The translations under genes and the position numbers were made by a program. From Dehalococcoidia bacterium (GTDB lineage: Bacteria > Chloroflexota > Dehalococcoidia > Lucifugimonadales > UBA2985), in assembly GCA_015661155.1 (NCBI GenBank), contig JACVQK010000004.1, positions 9,243 to 73,242 on the forward strand: DNA of 64,000 nucleotides, read 5' to 3'. Positions 9,189 to 18,493 of the stretch are shown one piece after another. The notes under the pieces are model-generated. The model made no database searches. It was not told the DNA's origin and was given only the letters and a program-made list of their open reading frames with translations. Positions within the stretch are counted from its first letter, which is position 1. Every line of letters begins with the position of its first letter.

Positions 9189-9306
9189 CAGCAGCTCGCT
9201 ATTGCCACTGTAGGCTCCTCCTCAATCTCAATCTGCTATATACGATTGTCAGCCCTCGAAGGGGCCTTGGAGCCATACAGCCATGGTGCTCTATGCCGCT
9301 TCTCGA

Positions 9307-10644
9307 CTAAAGAATCGGCAGGTATCTCTTCAGCTCGTAGTCGGTGACATAGGCCCTGTACTGGTCCCACTCCATCTTTTTGTTCTGGATGAAGGAGTTG
9401 AAGACGTGATCACCCAGGGTCTTGCGCACCAGCTCGCTCTTCTCCGCCAGTAGAATGGCCTCCGAGAGGCTTCCAGGAAGGGTGCCGATCCCCCGCCGAG
9501 CGCGCTCCTTTTCCGTCATCTCGTACACGTTGTCCTGTACTGGATCGGGCACTGGGTAGCTCTTTTCAATCCCCTCCAGTCCCGCTGCCAGCATTACGGA
9601 AAAGGTCAGGTAAGGGTTGCAGGCGGGATCGGGGGCGCGGTACTCAATGCGCACCGATGACTCCCTGCCTTCCTTGAAGGCAGGCACTCTGATGAGGTCG
9701 GAGCGGTTGATGCTGGCCCAGGATATGTACACCGGGGCCTCGTACCCCGGCACCAGCCTCTTGTAGGAGTTGACCCACTGGTTGGTCACCGCGGTTATCT
9801 CCGGGGCATGGCGCATGAGGCCGGCGGTATAGGACCGGGCCAGTTTGGAAAGGTGGTACTGGCCATCGGCATCGAAGAAGGCGTTCTTATTCCCCCGAAA
9901 GAGGGACTGGTGAACGTGCATGCCGCTCCCGTTGATGCCGAAGACGGGCTTGGGCATGAAGGAAGCGTAGCAGCCGTGTTTCGCGGCGGTCTCTTTGATC
10001 ACCACCCGGTACGTCATGACGTTGTCGGCCATGGTCAGGGCGTCGGAGTAGCGTAGGCTTATCTCGTGCTGGCTGGGGGCCACCTCGTGGTGGCTGTACT
10101 CCACGGGGATGCCCATGGCTTCCAGGGTCAGGACGGCATCTCGCCGCAGCTCTGAGGCCGTCTCAGGGGGGGTCTGGTCGAAGTATCCCCCGTGGTCCAG
10201 TAGCTCTGTTCCCTCGGAGTTCTTGAAGTAGAAGAACTCCAGCTCCGGCCCGACGTAGAAGGTGTAACCCATGCGGGCGGCCCGCTCCAGGTTCCGCTTG
10301 AGGACGTATCTTGGGTCTCCCTCAAAGGGTTTTCCATCCGGGGTAAGGACGTCGCAGAACATCCGGGCCACGGCGTTCTGCTTGGGCCGCCACGGGAGGA
10401 TGCAGAAGGTGGTGGGATCGGGCATGGCCACCATATCGCTCTCGTCGATGCGGGCAAATCCCTCGATAGAGGAGCCGTCAAAGCCTGCCCCCTGCTCCAG
10501 GGCGGTCTCCAACTCCTGGGAGGTGAAGGCAAACCCCTTGAGGGTTCCCAGGATGTCGGTGAACCAGAAACGGATGAACTTGACGTCGTTCTCCCTTACG
10601 GTTCTCAGGACGTACTCCTTGGCTTCGTCTCGCTCTTTCGTCAT
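9307..10644 (-). CDS. glnA: Glutamine synthetase type I
   Basis: FIRFWFTDILG..FDGSSIEGF..GPELEFFYF..HHEVAPSQHEI..FMPKP..NGSGMHVHQS.. motifs. ATG 10644 lies 6 nt after GAGGAG. Confidence 0.95.
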   Translation of the reverse strand: MTKERDEAKEYVLRTVRENDVKFIRFWFTDILGTLKGFAFTSQELETALEQGAGFDGSSIEGFARIDESDMVAMPDPTTFCILPWRPKQNAVARMFCDVLTPDGKPFEGDPRYVLKRNLERAARMGYTFYVGPELEFFYFKNSEGTELLDHGGYFDQTPPETASELRRDAVLTLEAMGIPVEYSHHEVAPSQHEISLRYSDALTMADNVMTYRVVIKETAAKHGCYASFMPKPVFGINGSGMHVHQSLFRGNKNAFFDADGQYHLSKLARSYTAGLMRHAPEITAVTNQWVNSYKRLVPGYEAPVYISWASINRSDLIRVPAFKEGRESSVRIEYRAPDPACNPYLTFSVMLAAGLEGIEKSYPVPDPVQDNVYEMTEKERARRGIGTLPGSLSEAILLAEKSELVRKTLGDHVFNSFIQNKKMEWDQYRAYVTDYELKRYLPIL

Positions 10645-10683
10645 CAGCAACTCCTCGGCGCGTTAGGTGGATAAACAGGCTGA

Positions 10684-10712
10684 ATGATAGACGGTTGTGA
10701 AATTTCTGTCAA
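10684..10712 (-). promoter_or_regulatory. Sigma70-like promoter candidate TTGACA-N17-TATCAT upstream of glnA
   Basis: The hexamers are read on the minus strand, about 40 nt upstream of the glnA start. Confidence 0.45.
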
Positions 10713-10862
10713 ACATCCGCGGCAGACCTCCCCGTTCAGCACTTTCAACAAAAGAACCCAGAGAAACGGGCGCGGACACCCTCTTGGGGGGTCAAGGATG
10801 AGACCCTGCAGGACCTTCCACTTCAGGCTCCAGGGACGGCCCGAGGGCCCTTATCGGAGGTG

Positions 10863-11711
10863 CTAGGGCCTGACGGCGACTACCTCCAGCCAGTTTCGAG
10901 GTATGAACTCCACATTCATCTCCTCGAACACCTGGGTTGCCCCTTTCTGAAGAGCCATGCTGGCTTCCTTCAGAGGCACACCAGGCATGACGCCCATTAT
11001 CCAGTCCTCAAACTGACTTATCAGCACCCAGCCCTCCAGGGGGACCTGGACAGTGTTGACTCGCTGCTCCTTGATCTGGAAACCGCGCTCCTTCAGAATC
11101 TGGGTGTACTGCTCCACGGTCAGGTGCTGCCGGGCCTCCACCTTCTCCGCCTTGACCGGGGAGAGGCCATACTCCGACCGGAGAATACGCAACGACCTGA
11201 ACATCCACCGCCGGTACCACTGCTCCGTCTCCGGGGGGTGACTTCCCTCATAGAAAGAGGTGTTGAAGGCAAAAACCCCTCCACTCCGCAGGGTGGAGAA
11301 GACCTCGCCTGAAAGCTGCGCTTTGTCCGGCACCAGGTGGATGGCATTGCAGAACACCACTGCATCCACCTTCCCATTGACCAGCTGCGATAGCTGTTCG
11401 GCCCGACCCAGGACGAACTCTACCATGGCTGACTTGGCGTTCTGTAGCTCCTCCCTCGCCTGCTTCAGCGCCGAAGTCGAGAGGTCCACTCCGATGACCA
11501 GGCTCTCTCGGGCCCCCCGCAGCTTCTCAAGGATAATCTTGGTCACTCCACCAGTGCCACAGGCCAGGTCCACGACCCGCTGGCCCGGCCTCACCTGGGA
11601 GAGGTCTACGAGGCTGGCATTCACCCTCTGATAGAATGGGGATTTGGCAAAGGCCGCAAAGGAGAACTCCTCATGCCCGCCTTCATCAGTTACCCAACTC
11701 GCTGTCGTCAT
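10863..11711 (-). CDS. Class I SAM-dependent methyltransferase
   Basis: VVDLACGTGG motif I with a Rossmann-like layout, 282 aa. Confidence 0.75.
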   Translation of the reverse strand: MTTASWVTDEGGHEEFSFAAFAKSPFYQRVNASLVDLSQVRPGQRVVDLACGTGGVTKIILEKLRGARESLVIGVDLSTSALKQAREELQNAKSAMVEFVLGRAEQLSQLVNGKVDAVVFCNAIHLVPDKAQLSGEVFSTLRSGGVFAFNTSFYEGSHPPETEQWYRRWMFRSLRILRSEYGLSPVKAEKVEARQHLTVEQYTQILKERGFQIKEQRVNTVQVPLEGWVLISQFEDWIMGVMPGVPLKEASMALQKGATQVFEEMNVEFIPRNWLEVVAVRP

Positions 11712-11837
11712 TGCATCGGCCCCCTACACTTAGTTACTGTATGATACCGCCTGCGCTGGGCTCCCGTCAAGGCGTGCCCTCTCCAGAGGTGAAGGAGACC
11801 CGACTGGCCCCGAAGCCGCCACAGGGGAGACCCCTCT

Positions 11838-12689
11838 TCAATCCACCCTGGCCAGGAGGGCGCGCTCCCTTCCCGCCAGGTCCTTGACCAGTGAGAAGCT
11901 GCCCTGGGGTAGCATGGTGCCGGCCAGGACGCAGACCTCCGTCCTCTGGGTGGGGGATATCTCTACAACCAGGCCGCCGCCCCTGCGCAGCTTCGCCAGG
12001 GCTTGAGGTATCAGGGAGCGCACCACCTCCAGGCCGTCCAGGCCACCGTCCAGGGCCTCCCTGGGTTCAAAGCGCACCTCCCTGGGAAGATGGGGGATTT
12101 CGGCCCTTGGAACGTAGGGCGAGTTGCTGACCACTATGTCCACGGCCTCGGGCACCGGCTCAAGGAGGTTCCCCTCCAGCACGATGACTCTCCCCTCAAG
12201 CCGGTGGCGCTGGCAGTTATGCCGGGCCGTCTCTATCGCCCGGGTAGATACGTCGGTGGCGTACACCACCGCCTGGGGCAGATGCGCCGCCAGGGATATG
12301 GCGATGGCCCCACTGCCGGTGCCCACATCCGCTATGCGGATGGGCCGGTCCGAAGGGAGCGACCTGGCAAGCTCAAGGGCCAGCTCCACCAGCAGCTCCG
12401 TCTCTGGACGGGGAATGAAAACCCCGGGGCTCACCGCCATGTTGAGGCCGTAGAACTCCCGGTAGCCGCAGATATACGGCCATGGCTCTCCCCCCAGACG
12501 CCGGGCCAGGTCTTGCCCCAGGGCCTCTCGTTCCTCCAGGGTGACGGGTCTCTCGGGGGATGAGTAGAGTCGGGAACGGTTTAGACCCACGGCTTTCATC
12601 AGAAGCAGGTCTGCCTCCAGGGATGCCTCCTCTACTCCGTGGGACGCCAGGGAAGAGCGGGTCTCTTCCAGGAGCGCTTGGAGGATCAA
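11838..12689 (-). CDS. prmC: Release-factor glutamine N5-methyltransferase
   Basis: DVGTGSGAI and NSPYVP (NPPY-type) motifs. The TTG start overlaps the prfA stop (TTGA). Confidence 0.85.
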   Translation of the reverse strand: MILQALLEETRSSLASHGVEEASLEADLLLMKAVGLNRSRLYSSPERPVTLEEREALGQDLARRLGGEPWPYICGYREFYGLNMAVSPGVFIPRPETELLVELALELARSLPSDRPIRIADVGTGSGAIAISLAAHLPQAVVYATDVSTRAIETARHNCQRHRLEGRVIVLEGNLLEPVPEAVDIVVSNSPYVPRAEIPHLPREVRFEPREALDGGLDGLEVVRSLIPQALAKLRRGGGLVVEISPTQRTEVCVLAGTMLPQGSFSLVKDLAGRERALLARVD

Positions 12690-13765
12690 AGCGGGGCCTC
12701 TTGCAGCCGTTTGGCCTGCTCTTGAGCGGCCAGGGTGTCGATGAACTCGTCCAGCTCCCCCGCCAGCATCCGCTCCAGGTTATGGCTGGTAACGCCTATG
12801 CGGTGGTCCGTGACCCGGTTCTGGGGATAGTTATAGGTACGCACCTTCTCTGAACGGTCTCCTGTGCCCACCTGGGAGCGGCGGTCGGCCGCCGTCTCAT
12901 CCTGCTGTCGGCTTACCTCCCTGTCCAGGATGCGGGCCCGTAGAACTGCCATGGCCCGCTGCTTGTTCTTGAGCTGGGAGCGCTCGTCCTGACAGATGGC
13001 CACAATCCCCGTGGGGATGTGGATAATGCGCACCGCCGTGGCCACCTTCTGCACGCTCTGTCCGCCGTGCCCGCCGGCGTGGAATATGTCAATGCGCAGG
13101 TCGTTGGGGCCTACGTTCACCTCCACCTCCTCTGCCTCCGGGAGAACGGCCACGGTTGCCGTGGAGGTGTGGATGCGTCCCCCCGTCTCGGTGACGGGAA
13201 TCCTCTGCACCCGGTGAGCGCCCCTTTCGTGTTTGAGGCGACTGAAGGCGCCCTTGCCCTTGACCTCGAAGACGATCTCCTTGAACCCCCCGATGCCCGT
13301 GGAGTTGGAGTCTATGACATCCACCTCCCACCTCTTGCTCTGGGCGTAGCGGGCGTACATTCGATACAGGTCCCCGGCAAAGAGGGCGGCTTCCTCGCCC
13401 CCCGTTCCAGCCCTCACCTCCACTATAACGTCCCTGTCGTCGTTGCGGTCCCTGGGAAGCATGGCGAGACGCAACCTCTGCTCCAATTGCTCCCTTCGCT
13501 GCTGAAGGGAGTCCATCTCCTCCTGGGCCAGGGTTCTGAGACCTTCGTCGGAGCTCTCGTGCAGGAGGGCTCTGGTCTCCTCTAGCTGCCCACTGACCTT
13601 TCTGTGTTCCTGGTAGAGAGAAACCAGGCCCTCTATGGAGGCCCGCTCCTTGGCCAGGGCCTGGACGCGCTCGTGGTCCGTGGAGACCTCCGGGCGGGCC
13701 AGCAGCTCCTCTATCTCGGCAAAGCGCTGCTCTACGGACTGAAGCCTATCGTACACGGTGGTCAT
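12686..13765 (-). CDS. prfA: Peptide chain release factor 1
   Basis: GGQ motif (HAGGHGGQSVQK), a PVT tripeptide region, 359 aa. Confidence 0.95.
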   Translation of the reverse strand: MTTVYDRLQSVEQRFAEIEELLARPEVSTDHERVQALAKERASIEGLVSLYQEHRKVSGQLEETRALLHESSDEGLRTLAQEEMDSLQQRREQLEQRLRLAMLPRDRNDDRDVIVEVRAGTGGEEAALFAGDLYRMYARYAQSKRWEVDVIDSNSTGIGGFKEIVFEVKGKGAFSRLKHERGAHRVQRIPVTETGGRIHTSTATVAVLPEAEEVEVNVGPNDLRIDIFHAGGHGGQSVQKVATAVRIIHIPTGIVAICQDERSQLKNKQRAMAVLRARILDREVSRQQDETAADRRSQVGTGDRSEKVRTYNYPQNRVTDHRIGVTSHNLERMLAGELDEFIDTLAAQEQAKRLQEAPL

Positions 13766-13864
13766 CGTCTGTGAACATTATATCAGGAAGAGGAAGGCTG
13801 CGGAGTTACCGCGCCACAGCAGGGTCTTCTGATTGTTTTAGTTTAAGGATCGACCACGCTCGTA

Positions 13865-13920
13865 CCCTTCGACAGGCTCGCCATGAGCGGTTCTGCTTCC
13901 CGCTCATGGCGAGCCTGTCG
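13865..13920. repeat. Family B REP-like hairpin (perfect 21-bp stem CGACAGGCTCGCCATGAGCGG)
   Basis: The inverted repeat is read directly. Confidence 0.85.
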
Positions 13921-13973
13921 TCCCCTGACATGTAGCGGTATATGTGCTATACTCCTGGCAGTTGGGATAGGAG

Positions 13974-14190
13974 GTGCCTATGAGCACCGCTACTGCTGCC
14001 AAGAGTGCTGCTGCTGTAGGATACTTCAGGGTCTCCACCATGAACCAGGCCGGGGAGCGCCACGTCTCCCTTGAAACCCAAGAGGCGTCCTTCCGCGTAT
14101 ACTGTACCACCAACGGCCTTACGCCGATAGCCACTTTCACCGAAGTTCAGAGTGGCCGCCGGGATGATCGCATTCAGTACCAGGCCATGA
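13974..14190 (+). pseudogene. Serine recombinase (resolvase/invertase) N-terminal fragment, about 72 codons
   Basis: AVGYFRVSTMNQ..SLETQ..FTEVQSGRRDDR matches the catalytic N-terminus. The homology ends where the antisense IS3 orfB remnant begins. Confidence 0.6.
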
Positions 14191-14987
14191 TGGTCACCAG
14201 GTACAGGAACCCCCGTGCCATGGGTATATAGGTGATGTCTGCCGCCCACACCTGGCTGGGCCGGGTAATCTCCATGCCCTCCAGCAGGTATGGGTAAGAT
14301 TCTGTGTCCCGGTGTCGCCTTGCTAGTCCTGGGCCGCCGGTAGATGGCCCGCAGCCCCATTATCCGCATCAGCCGCCGGACCCGCTTCCGATTGACGCAG
14401 TACCCTTGTTTCCTCAACCCCACGGAGAACCGGCGTGACCCGTAGAAGGGCGTGGCCAGGTATTGGTGGTCATGAGCTTCATGCAATCCAAGTCCTCCCG
14501 TGGGGCTTTCGATGACCGGTAGTACACGCTGGAACGGCTGATATCCAATAACCTACACCGACGCACTACTGAGAGCGACGGGTGCTGGCGGTCCACCATG
14601 GCGCGCCGTCGCTCCCCACTCAGCGACCTAACCTCCCCTCCAAAAAATCCCGCTCCACCTTGAGCTGCCCAATCTGCTTCCTAGGGTTGAGCGACGAGGG
14701 CCTCGTCCTTCTTTTGACCCTGACCATCGCTAAAGATGCCGGAGGCACCCTCCGGCAGGGCCCTCTTCCAGATACGAACCTGGCTCGGATGAACCCCGTA
14801 CCGGCCGGCTATCTCTGCCGTGCTCTCTTCTTCTCTCAGCGCTTCCAGGGCCACCTTGGCCTTGAACGATGGGCTGTGGTTCTTACGACTCTGCTTCATA
14901 TCCTGCTCCTCCTTCTCTATCTCTCTCTGTCATTCTAGGAGCAGGACACGACCTTAACTACCTGTCCGAATTCTGGGGTCCACCTCA
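14178..14987 (-). mobile_element. Decayed, 3'-truncated IS3-family element (orfA 14681..14899; orfB fragments to about 14180)
   Basis: The orfA product reads MKQSRKNHSPSFKAKVALEAL..YGVHPSQVRIWK. The coiled-coil part KQIGQLKVERDFL lies in another frame beside a TTTTTTG slippery-like run. The orfB pieces read LSVVRRCRLLDISRSSVYY, YGSRR..NRKRVRRLMRIMGL and YPYLLEGMEITRPSQVWAADITYIPMARGFLYLVTIMAWY, in three frames. There is no DDE core beyond that. Confidence 0.8.
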
Positions 14988-15027
14988 GATTGCGCAGCCG
15001 AGGTCACGATCCACCGTTCCGGTACAT

Positions 15028-16125
15028 TCAGTCACCCTGGCGACGCCTAGCGCGATAGCCGGGCTCCATCAGCGATAGTTGCTCCACTTCCGCAAAGTTG
15101 GATACACCAACGCCCAACAACCGAAACCTCCGCCCAGGGTGCAACTCCTTTCCAAGGAGTTGCTGCGCAGTCCGCTGAATAGCAAAGATATGCGAAGTGG
15201 GAACCGGCAAGGAGGTCGAGCGCGTGAGGGTAGTGAAGTCTTCCAGCCTTAGCTTCACTGTCACCGTCCGGCCCTTGAGGCCCTCCCTGGAGAGGCGCAT
15301 GGCAACCTTCAAGCACAGCATGGAAAGCTGCAGGGTGATGGCCATCGGATCAGAGAGGTCTTTCTCAAAAGTGACCTCGGCACTGAGGGACTTGGCTTCG
15401 TGCTCTGTGACAACAGGCCTAGCGTCTTCACCCCGACTCAGGGCCAGTAGTCTCTCGCCTCGTTTTCCGAACCGCTCCTCGGCCCATTGCACGCTTTGAC
15501 CGGCCAGATCGCCAAGCGTGAGGATGCCTTCGTGACGCAATCGGTCTTCTGTCTTAGGGCCAATACCCCACAGGTGCTTCACTGGCAAAGGAGCAAGAAA
15601 GGTTCGTTCATGTCCGGGTTCTACCACCAGCAGGCCGTCGGGTTTGCTCAGGTCTGATGCAATCTTGGCCACTGATTTAGAAGTGGCAATACCCACGGAT
15701 ATGACAAGGCCGGTCTCCACCAGCACCCGTTCCTTGAGGTTTCCTCCCACCGCTGTTGTGGGGATGCCTTTCACCACCAAGTGCGTGATGTCCACGAAGG
15801 CCTCGTCCAGAGAGATTGGTTCTACTTGGGGAGTGACCTCGTGGAAGATAGCCATGACCTCTTTGGACTTCTCCTGGTAGCGGTGGAAACGGGGATGGAG
15901 CGTTACACCTCCGGGGCATAGCCGAACGGCCTGCGCCATCGACATAGCAGAGCGCACCCCGAACTTGCGAGCCTCGTAGGAACAGGATGCGACTACACCT
16001 CGCCCTTGTGGGCTTCCCCCTACCAAAACCGGCTTGCCCCTGAGCGCAGGGTTGTCCAGTTGCTCGACGGAGGCGCAGAAAGCATCCAGGTCTGCATGCA
16101 TCACAAACATCGCAGGCATGACCAT
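15028..16125 (-). CDS. dinB: DNA polymerase IV (Y-family)
   Basis: HADLDAFCASVE..SCSYEARKFGV..SLDEAFVD motifs. Confidence 0.9.
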   Translation of the reverse strand: MVMPAMFVMHADLDAFCASVEQLDNPALRGKPVLVGGSPQGRGVVASCSYEARKFGVRSAMSMAQAVRLCPGGVTLHPRFHRYQEKSKEVMAIFHEVTPQVEPISLDEAFVDITHLVVKGIPTTAVGGNLKERVLVETGLVISVGIATSKSVAKIASDLSKPDGLLVVEPGHERTFLAPLPVKHLWGIGPKTEDRLRHEGILTLGDLAGQSVQWAEERFGKRGERLLALSRGEDARPVVTEHEAKSLSAEVTFEKDLSDPMAITLQLSMLCLKVAMRLSREGLKGRTVTVKLRLEDFTTLTRSTSLPVPTSHIFAIQRTAQQLLGKELHPGRRFRLLGVGVSNFAEVEQLSLMEPGYRARRRQGD

Positions 16126-16410
16126 ATTGTAGAGATTGTGAGAGTGTTTTGCATTTCCAACTTGTTGTTGGCTTGGGATCGCAGAATCGGCGTCCGTGCT
16201 CTGTTTGGTGCGGTTCCTATGGCGGTTCCTTAGTTGTCGGCCTTCATCCCCATCTGCTGTGACAGTTTTGCGGTCTCGGTGACCGAAGATCTGTTGTCCT
16301 CACCCCAAGAACCGATCCAGGTTAATGTTAGAGACTCTGGACCGAGCAAGTAAAAGAGAGCGGGTAAGAGTCGGAATGGGGAGTGACTCCATTTATTCCA
16401 TCCTGCCTCA

Positions 16411-17325
16411 CTAACGGAGGGTCTGTCTTCCTAGGTCGAGTACTTGGTCAGCGAGGTGAGCTAGCATACCCCACCCAAATTCGTGGCGGCGAGTTACCTC
16501 AAGATCGCCAGTATACCAGTCGAAGAGGACGTGGCTGGCGCCCAGAGAACTCAATGCTTCAAGGTCTCGGCGCACTTGATCAATTGTCCCTTCGCCAACT
16601 TGGCGGGTTTCGTCGGGTTGGGGCTTGGCGGTAATCGTGAGGCGAATACGAGGCGCTAACGCAGGGACTGGACTCTGGGATTGTTCAGCGAATGCATGGA
16701 TCCTCGGCAGTCCGTCGTTGCGCAACCAGTCAAGTCTGAAGCGATTGGGATGCCAGGCCTCACCAAAACGGACAGCTCGTTTGAGCGCTGCATCGCTGAC
16801 GCCGCCGACCCAGATGGGCGGGTGAGGTTTCTGTAAGCACTCTATCCCAGAGACGTCTTGAAAACTGACGTACTTTCCGCTAAAGGACGCCGTCTCGTTG
16901 GTCCACAAGGTCTTTATGGCGGACAAGTATTCGTTAGCGATTGCGCCTCGCTGGTGGAAAGGAATGCCGAGTGCTTCATATTCAGTCTGAGTGTTACCGA
17001 TGCCAACGCCGAATATGAAGCGCCCGCCGCTCACGTTGTCTATGTTAGCACCAAGCCTAGCCATGAGCACCGGATGTCGGTAAGGGACGACAATCACGGT
17101 GGTGCCAAGCTTGATGTTTTTTGTCTGGCCCGCGAGCCAGGGAAGGGTAGCAAAGGCATCGTAGTAGGGCTCGGGATACCTTTTGCTCACCTCCTTGGTA
17201 ACCGCCAGATGGTCCGAAATCATGGCAAAGTGGTAGCCGAGGGACTCGGCGATAAGGGTCCACCTCAGGAGGCCTGACGGACTAACCCCCGGGCCAAAGT
17301 TGAGCAGGTTTACTCCAAACTGCAT
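16411..17325 (-). CDS. Luciferase-like monooxygenase (LLM) class, probably an F420-dependent oxidoreductase
   Basis: MQFGVNL..SLGYHFAMISDH..GGRFIFGVGIG.. layout. ATG 17325 follows GAGGAGGG. Confidence 0.75.
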   Translation of the reverse strand: MQFGVNLLNFGPGVSPSGLLRWTLIAESLGYHFAMISDHLAVTKEVSKRYPEPYYDAFATLPWLAGQTKNIKLGTTVIVVPYRHPVLMARLGANIDNVSGGRFIFGVGIGNTQTEYEALGIPFHQRGAIANEYLSAIKTLWTNETASFSGKYVSFQDVSGIECLQKPHPPIWVGGVSDAALKRAVRFGEAWHPNRFRLDWLRNDGLPRIHAFAEQSQSPVPALAPRIRLTITAKPQPDETRQVGEGTIDQVRRDLEALSSLGASHVLFDWYTGDLEVTRRHEFGWGMLAHLADQVLDLGRQTLR

Positions 17326-17354
17326 CTGTCCCTCCTCGTAACACGTATCGGCGG

Positions 17355-17609
17355 CTAGGCAGCGATCCCCAATAATGCTACCACGAAGATGCCCCAGCGG
17401 AGGTGCATTCGCTGGATCGCTTTCATAGTTGCCCTAGCTAAAGATCCGCCCCCGATGCCCTTGCCGAAAGAGAACTCGGTCTTGAGGAATCCCGACATGC
17501 TGGTGCGCATTTTCAGGACTGATCGTGGAGATCTACGATTGCCTGGTACCTCGCTTGGGGACATCGCTTGAATCCCCTCCGCCTTGACCGAGTGCTCGGA
17601 CTCTGACAT
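17355..17609 (-). CDS. Hypothetical small protein with a C-terminal hydrophobic segment
   Basis: ORF only, with no recognisable motif. Confidence 0.2.
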   Translation of the reverse strand: MSESEHSVKAEGIQAMSPSEVPGNRRSPRSVLKMRTSMSGFLKTEFSFGKGIGGGSLARATMKAIQRMHLRWGIFVVALLGIAA

Positions 17610-17814
17610 CTATTATATATACAGACTTGGCCGCTCTGACGCCCACTGATGCTGGCCACAGTACGGCTCTGGACCATCCCAACTCCCACGGGACCCCCAG
17701 CGGGGCTTTCATGGAGCAAGCATGAAGGGTGGCGAGTTCAATCTCATGATCCTTGAGCCATTGCTTCCGCCCTTGCCAGTCTGGACAGTACTGGGCAACG
17801 AGTTGCCAGAACGC

Positions 17815-17959
17815 CTTTAGCAGATAGTAGGCGATAAGGGTGGCGCCCCCCAGGTACCGCCGGTAGAATAGGTCATCGGGTTCATCCAAAGACACCCTAC
17901 GGCTCGTCAGATTAACTCGGATTAACTCGAAGGATATTGTGGGTCAGTCCCTGTACCAT
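17815..17959 (-). pseudogene. Aldehyde:ferredoxin oxidoreductase (tungsten AOR family) N-terminal remnant, frameshifted by a 10-bp tandem duplication
   Basis: ATG 17959 gives MVQGLTHNILRVN, then a stop. Removing one copy of ATTAACTCGG/ATTAACTCGA (17911..17930) gives ...ILRVNLTSRRVSLDEPDDLFYRRYLGGATLIAYYLLK, the AOR N-terminal signature. AOR similarity ends after about 50 residues. Confidence 0.55.
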
Positions 17960-18228
17960 GTCATGTCCTCCATCGGCCCGTGCTCAGTCGGCTGGCTACC
18001 CCCGATTATGGGAGGGAACACCAGTAAAACCGAACCCTCGGGCACAGTGTCCGAGGGGCTGGCCAGCGTACCGTTCAGGCTGGCGTTCCAGGGTTCATTC
18101 AGGTCTATGCCCCGTTTCACCAGCACTTCCCGCACGGTGCAACCCCCCTCTACCTCCAACTCCACGCGGCCTTTCCCGTTCTGGAGGAACTGCTGAAGCG
18201 TACCCAGCACATCCACAATCACGCGCAT
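17944..18228 (-). CDS. MoaD/ThiS-family ubiquitin-like protein with 17 residues after the Gly-Gly
   Basis: ...VLLVFPPIIGG-SQPTEHGPMEDMTWYRD. The beta-grasp-like length fits. AGGAG lies upstream of ATG 18228. The 3' end overlaps the AOR remnant start. Confidence 0.65.
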   Translation of the reverse strand: MRVIVDVLGTLQQFLQNGKGRVELEVEGGCTVREVLVKRGIDLNEPWNASLNGTLASPSDTVPEGSVLLVFPPIIGGSQPTEHGPMEDMTWYRD

Positions 18229-18493
18229 TCGTGAGACTCCTATCTGGGGATCGTTGCACCGGTTATCCGAGACACCCCACCCCGTGTCAATCTGGAGCTA
18301 TCGTGCACAGCATTCCCTATGCTAAAGACTCTGTCTGCACTGGAGGGTGCTGGACGTCAGAGCAAGGTCGAACCTTTCTTTTCTTTGCGCTGCTCTCCGT
18401 GGTATACTCCCGGCATTCTTCCGTCGTGACCAAGGGAGTCAACCTACCCAGGGAGTAGCCGTGGGTGGAGCAAACACCCCGAAGAAGAAGTGC

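Noticed and set aside
9189-9284. UGA reassigned as a sense codon (genetic code 4 or 25) to explain the three in-frame TGAs upstream of gdh.
   Set aside because: TGA clearly terminates several well-supported genes here (for example prfA, the xdh subunits, tupB and the vapC-like gene). It is used for Sec only in the two grd selenoprotein contexts. The GC-rich genome is also atypical for code 4 or 25 lineages.
7560-9347. Long ORFs lying antisense or out of frame to well-supported genes. Examples: 36..1037, 3592..4770, 5953..6963, 7560..9347, 22400..23305, 24691..25674, 30148..31215, 34133..35374, 39085..40302, 42610..43497, 53086..54252, 55713..56573, 56640..57506, 58733..59671, 62319..63455.
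   Set aside because: These are typical shadow ORFs of GC-rich DNA. Their translations are Arg/Gly/Pro/Ala-rich low-complexity with no motifs. Each overlaps a gene whose translation carries clear family signatures.
10684-10720. GlnR/TnrA box (TGTNA-N7-TNACA) overlapping the glnA promoter.
   Set aside because: TGTGAAATTTCTGTCA contains direct rather than inverted half-sites and does not satisfy the consensus.
16126-16410. LexA (Cheo-box GAAC-N4-GTTC) operator upstream of dinB.
   Set aside because: Only a partial GAACCGATCCAGGTT string is present, and it does not fit the spacing or consensus.
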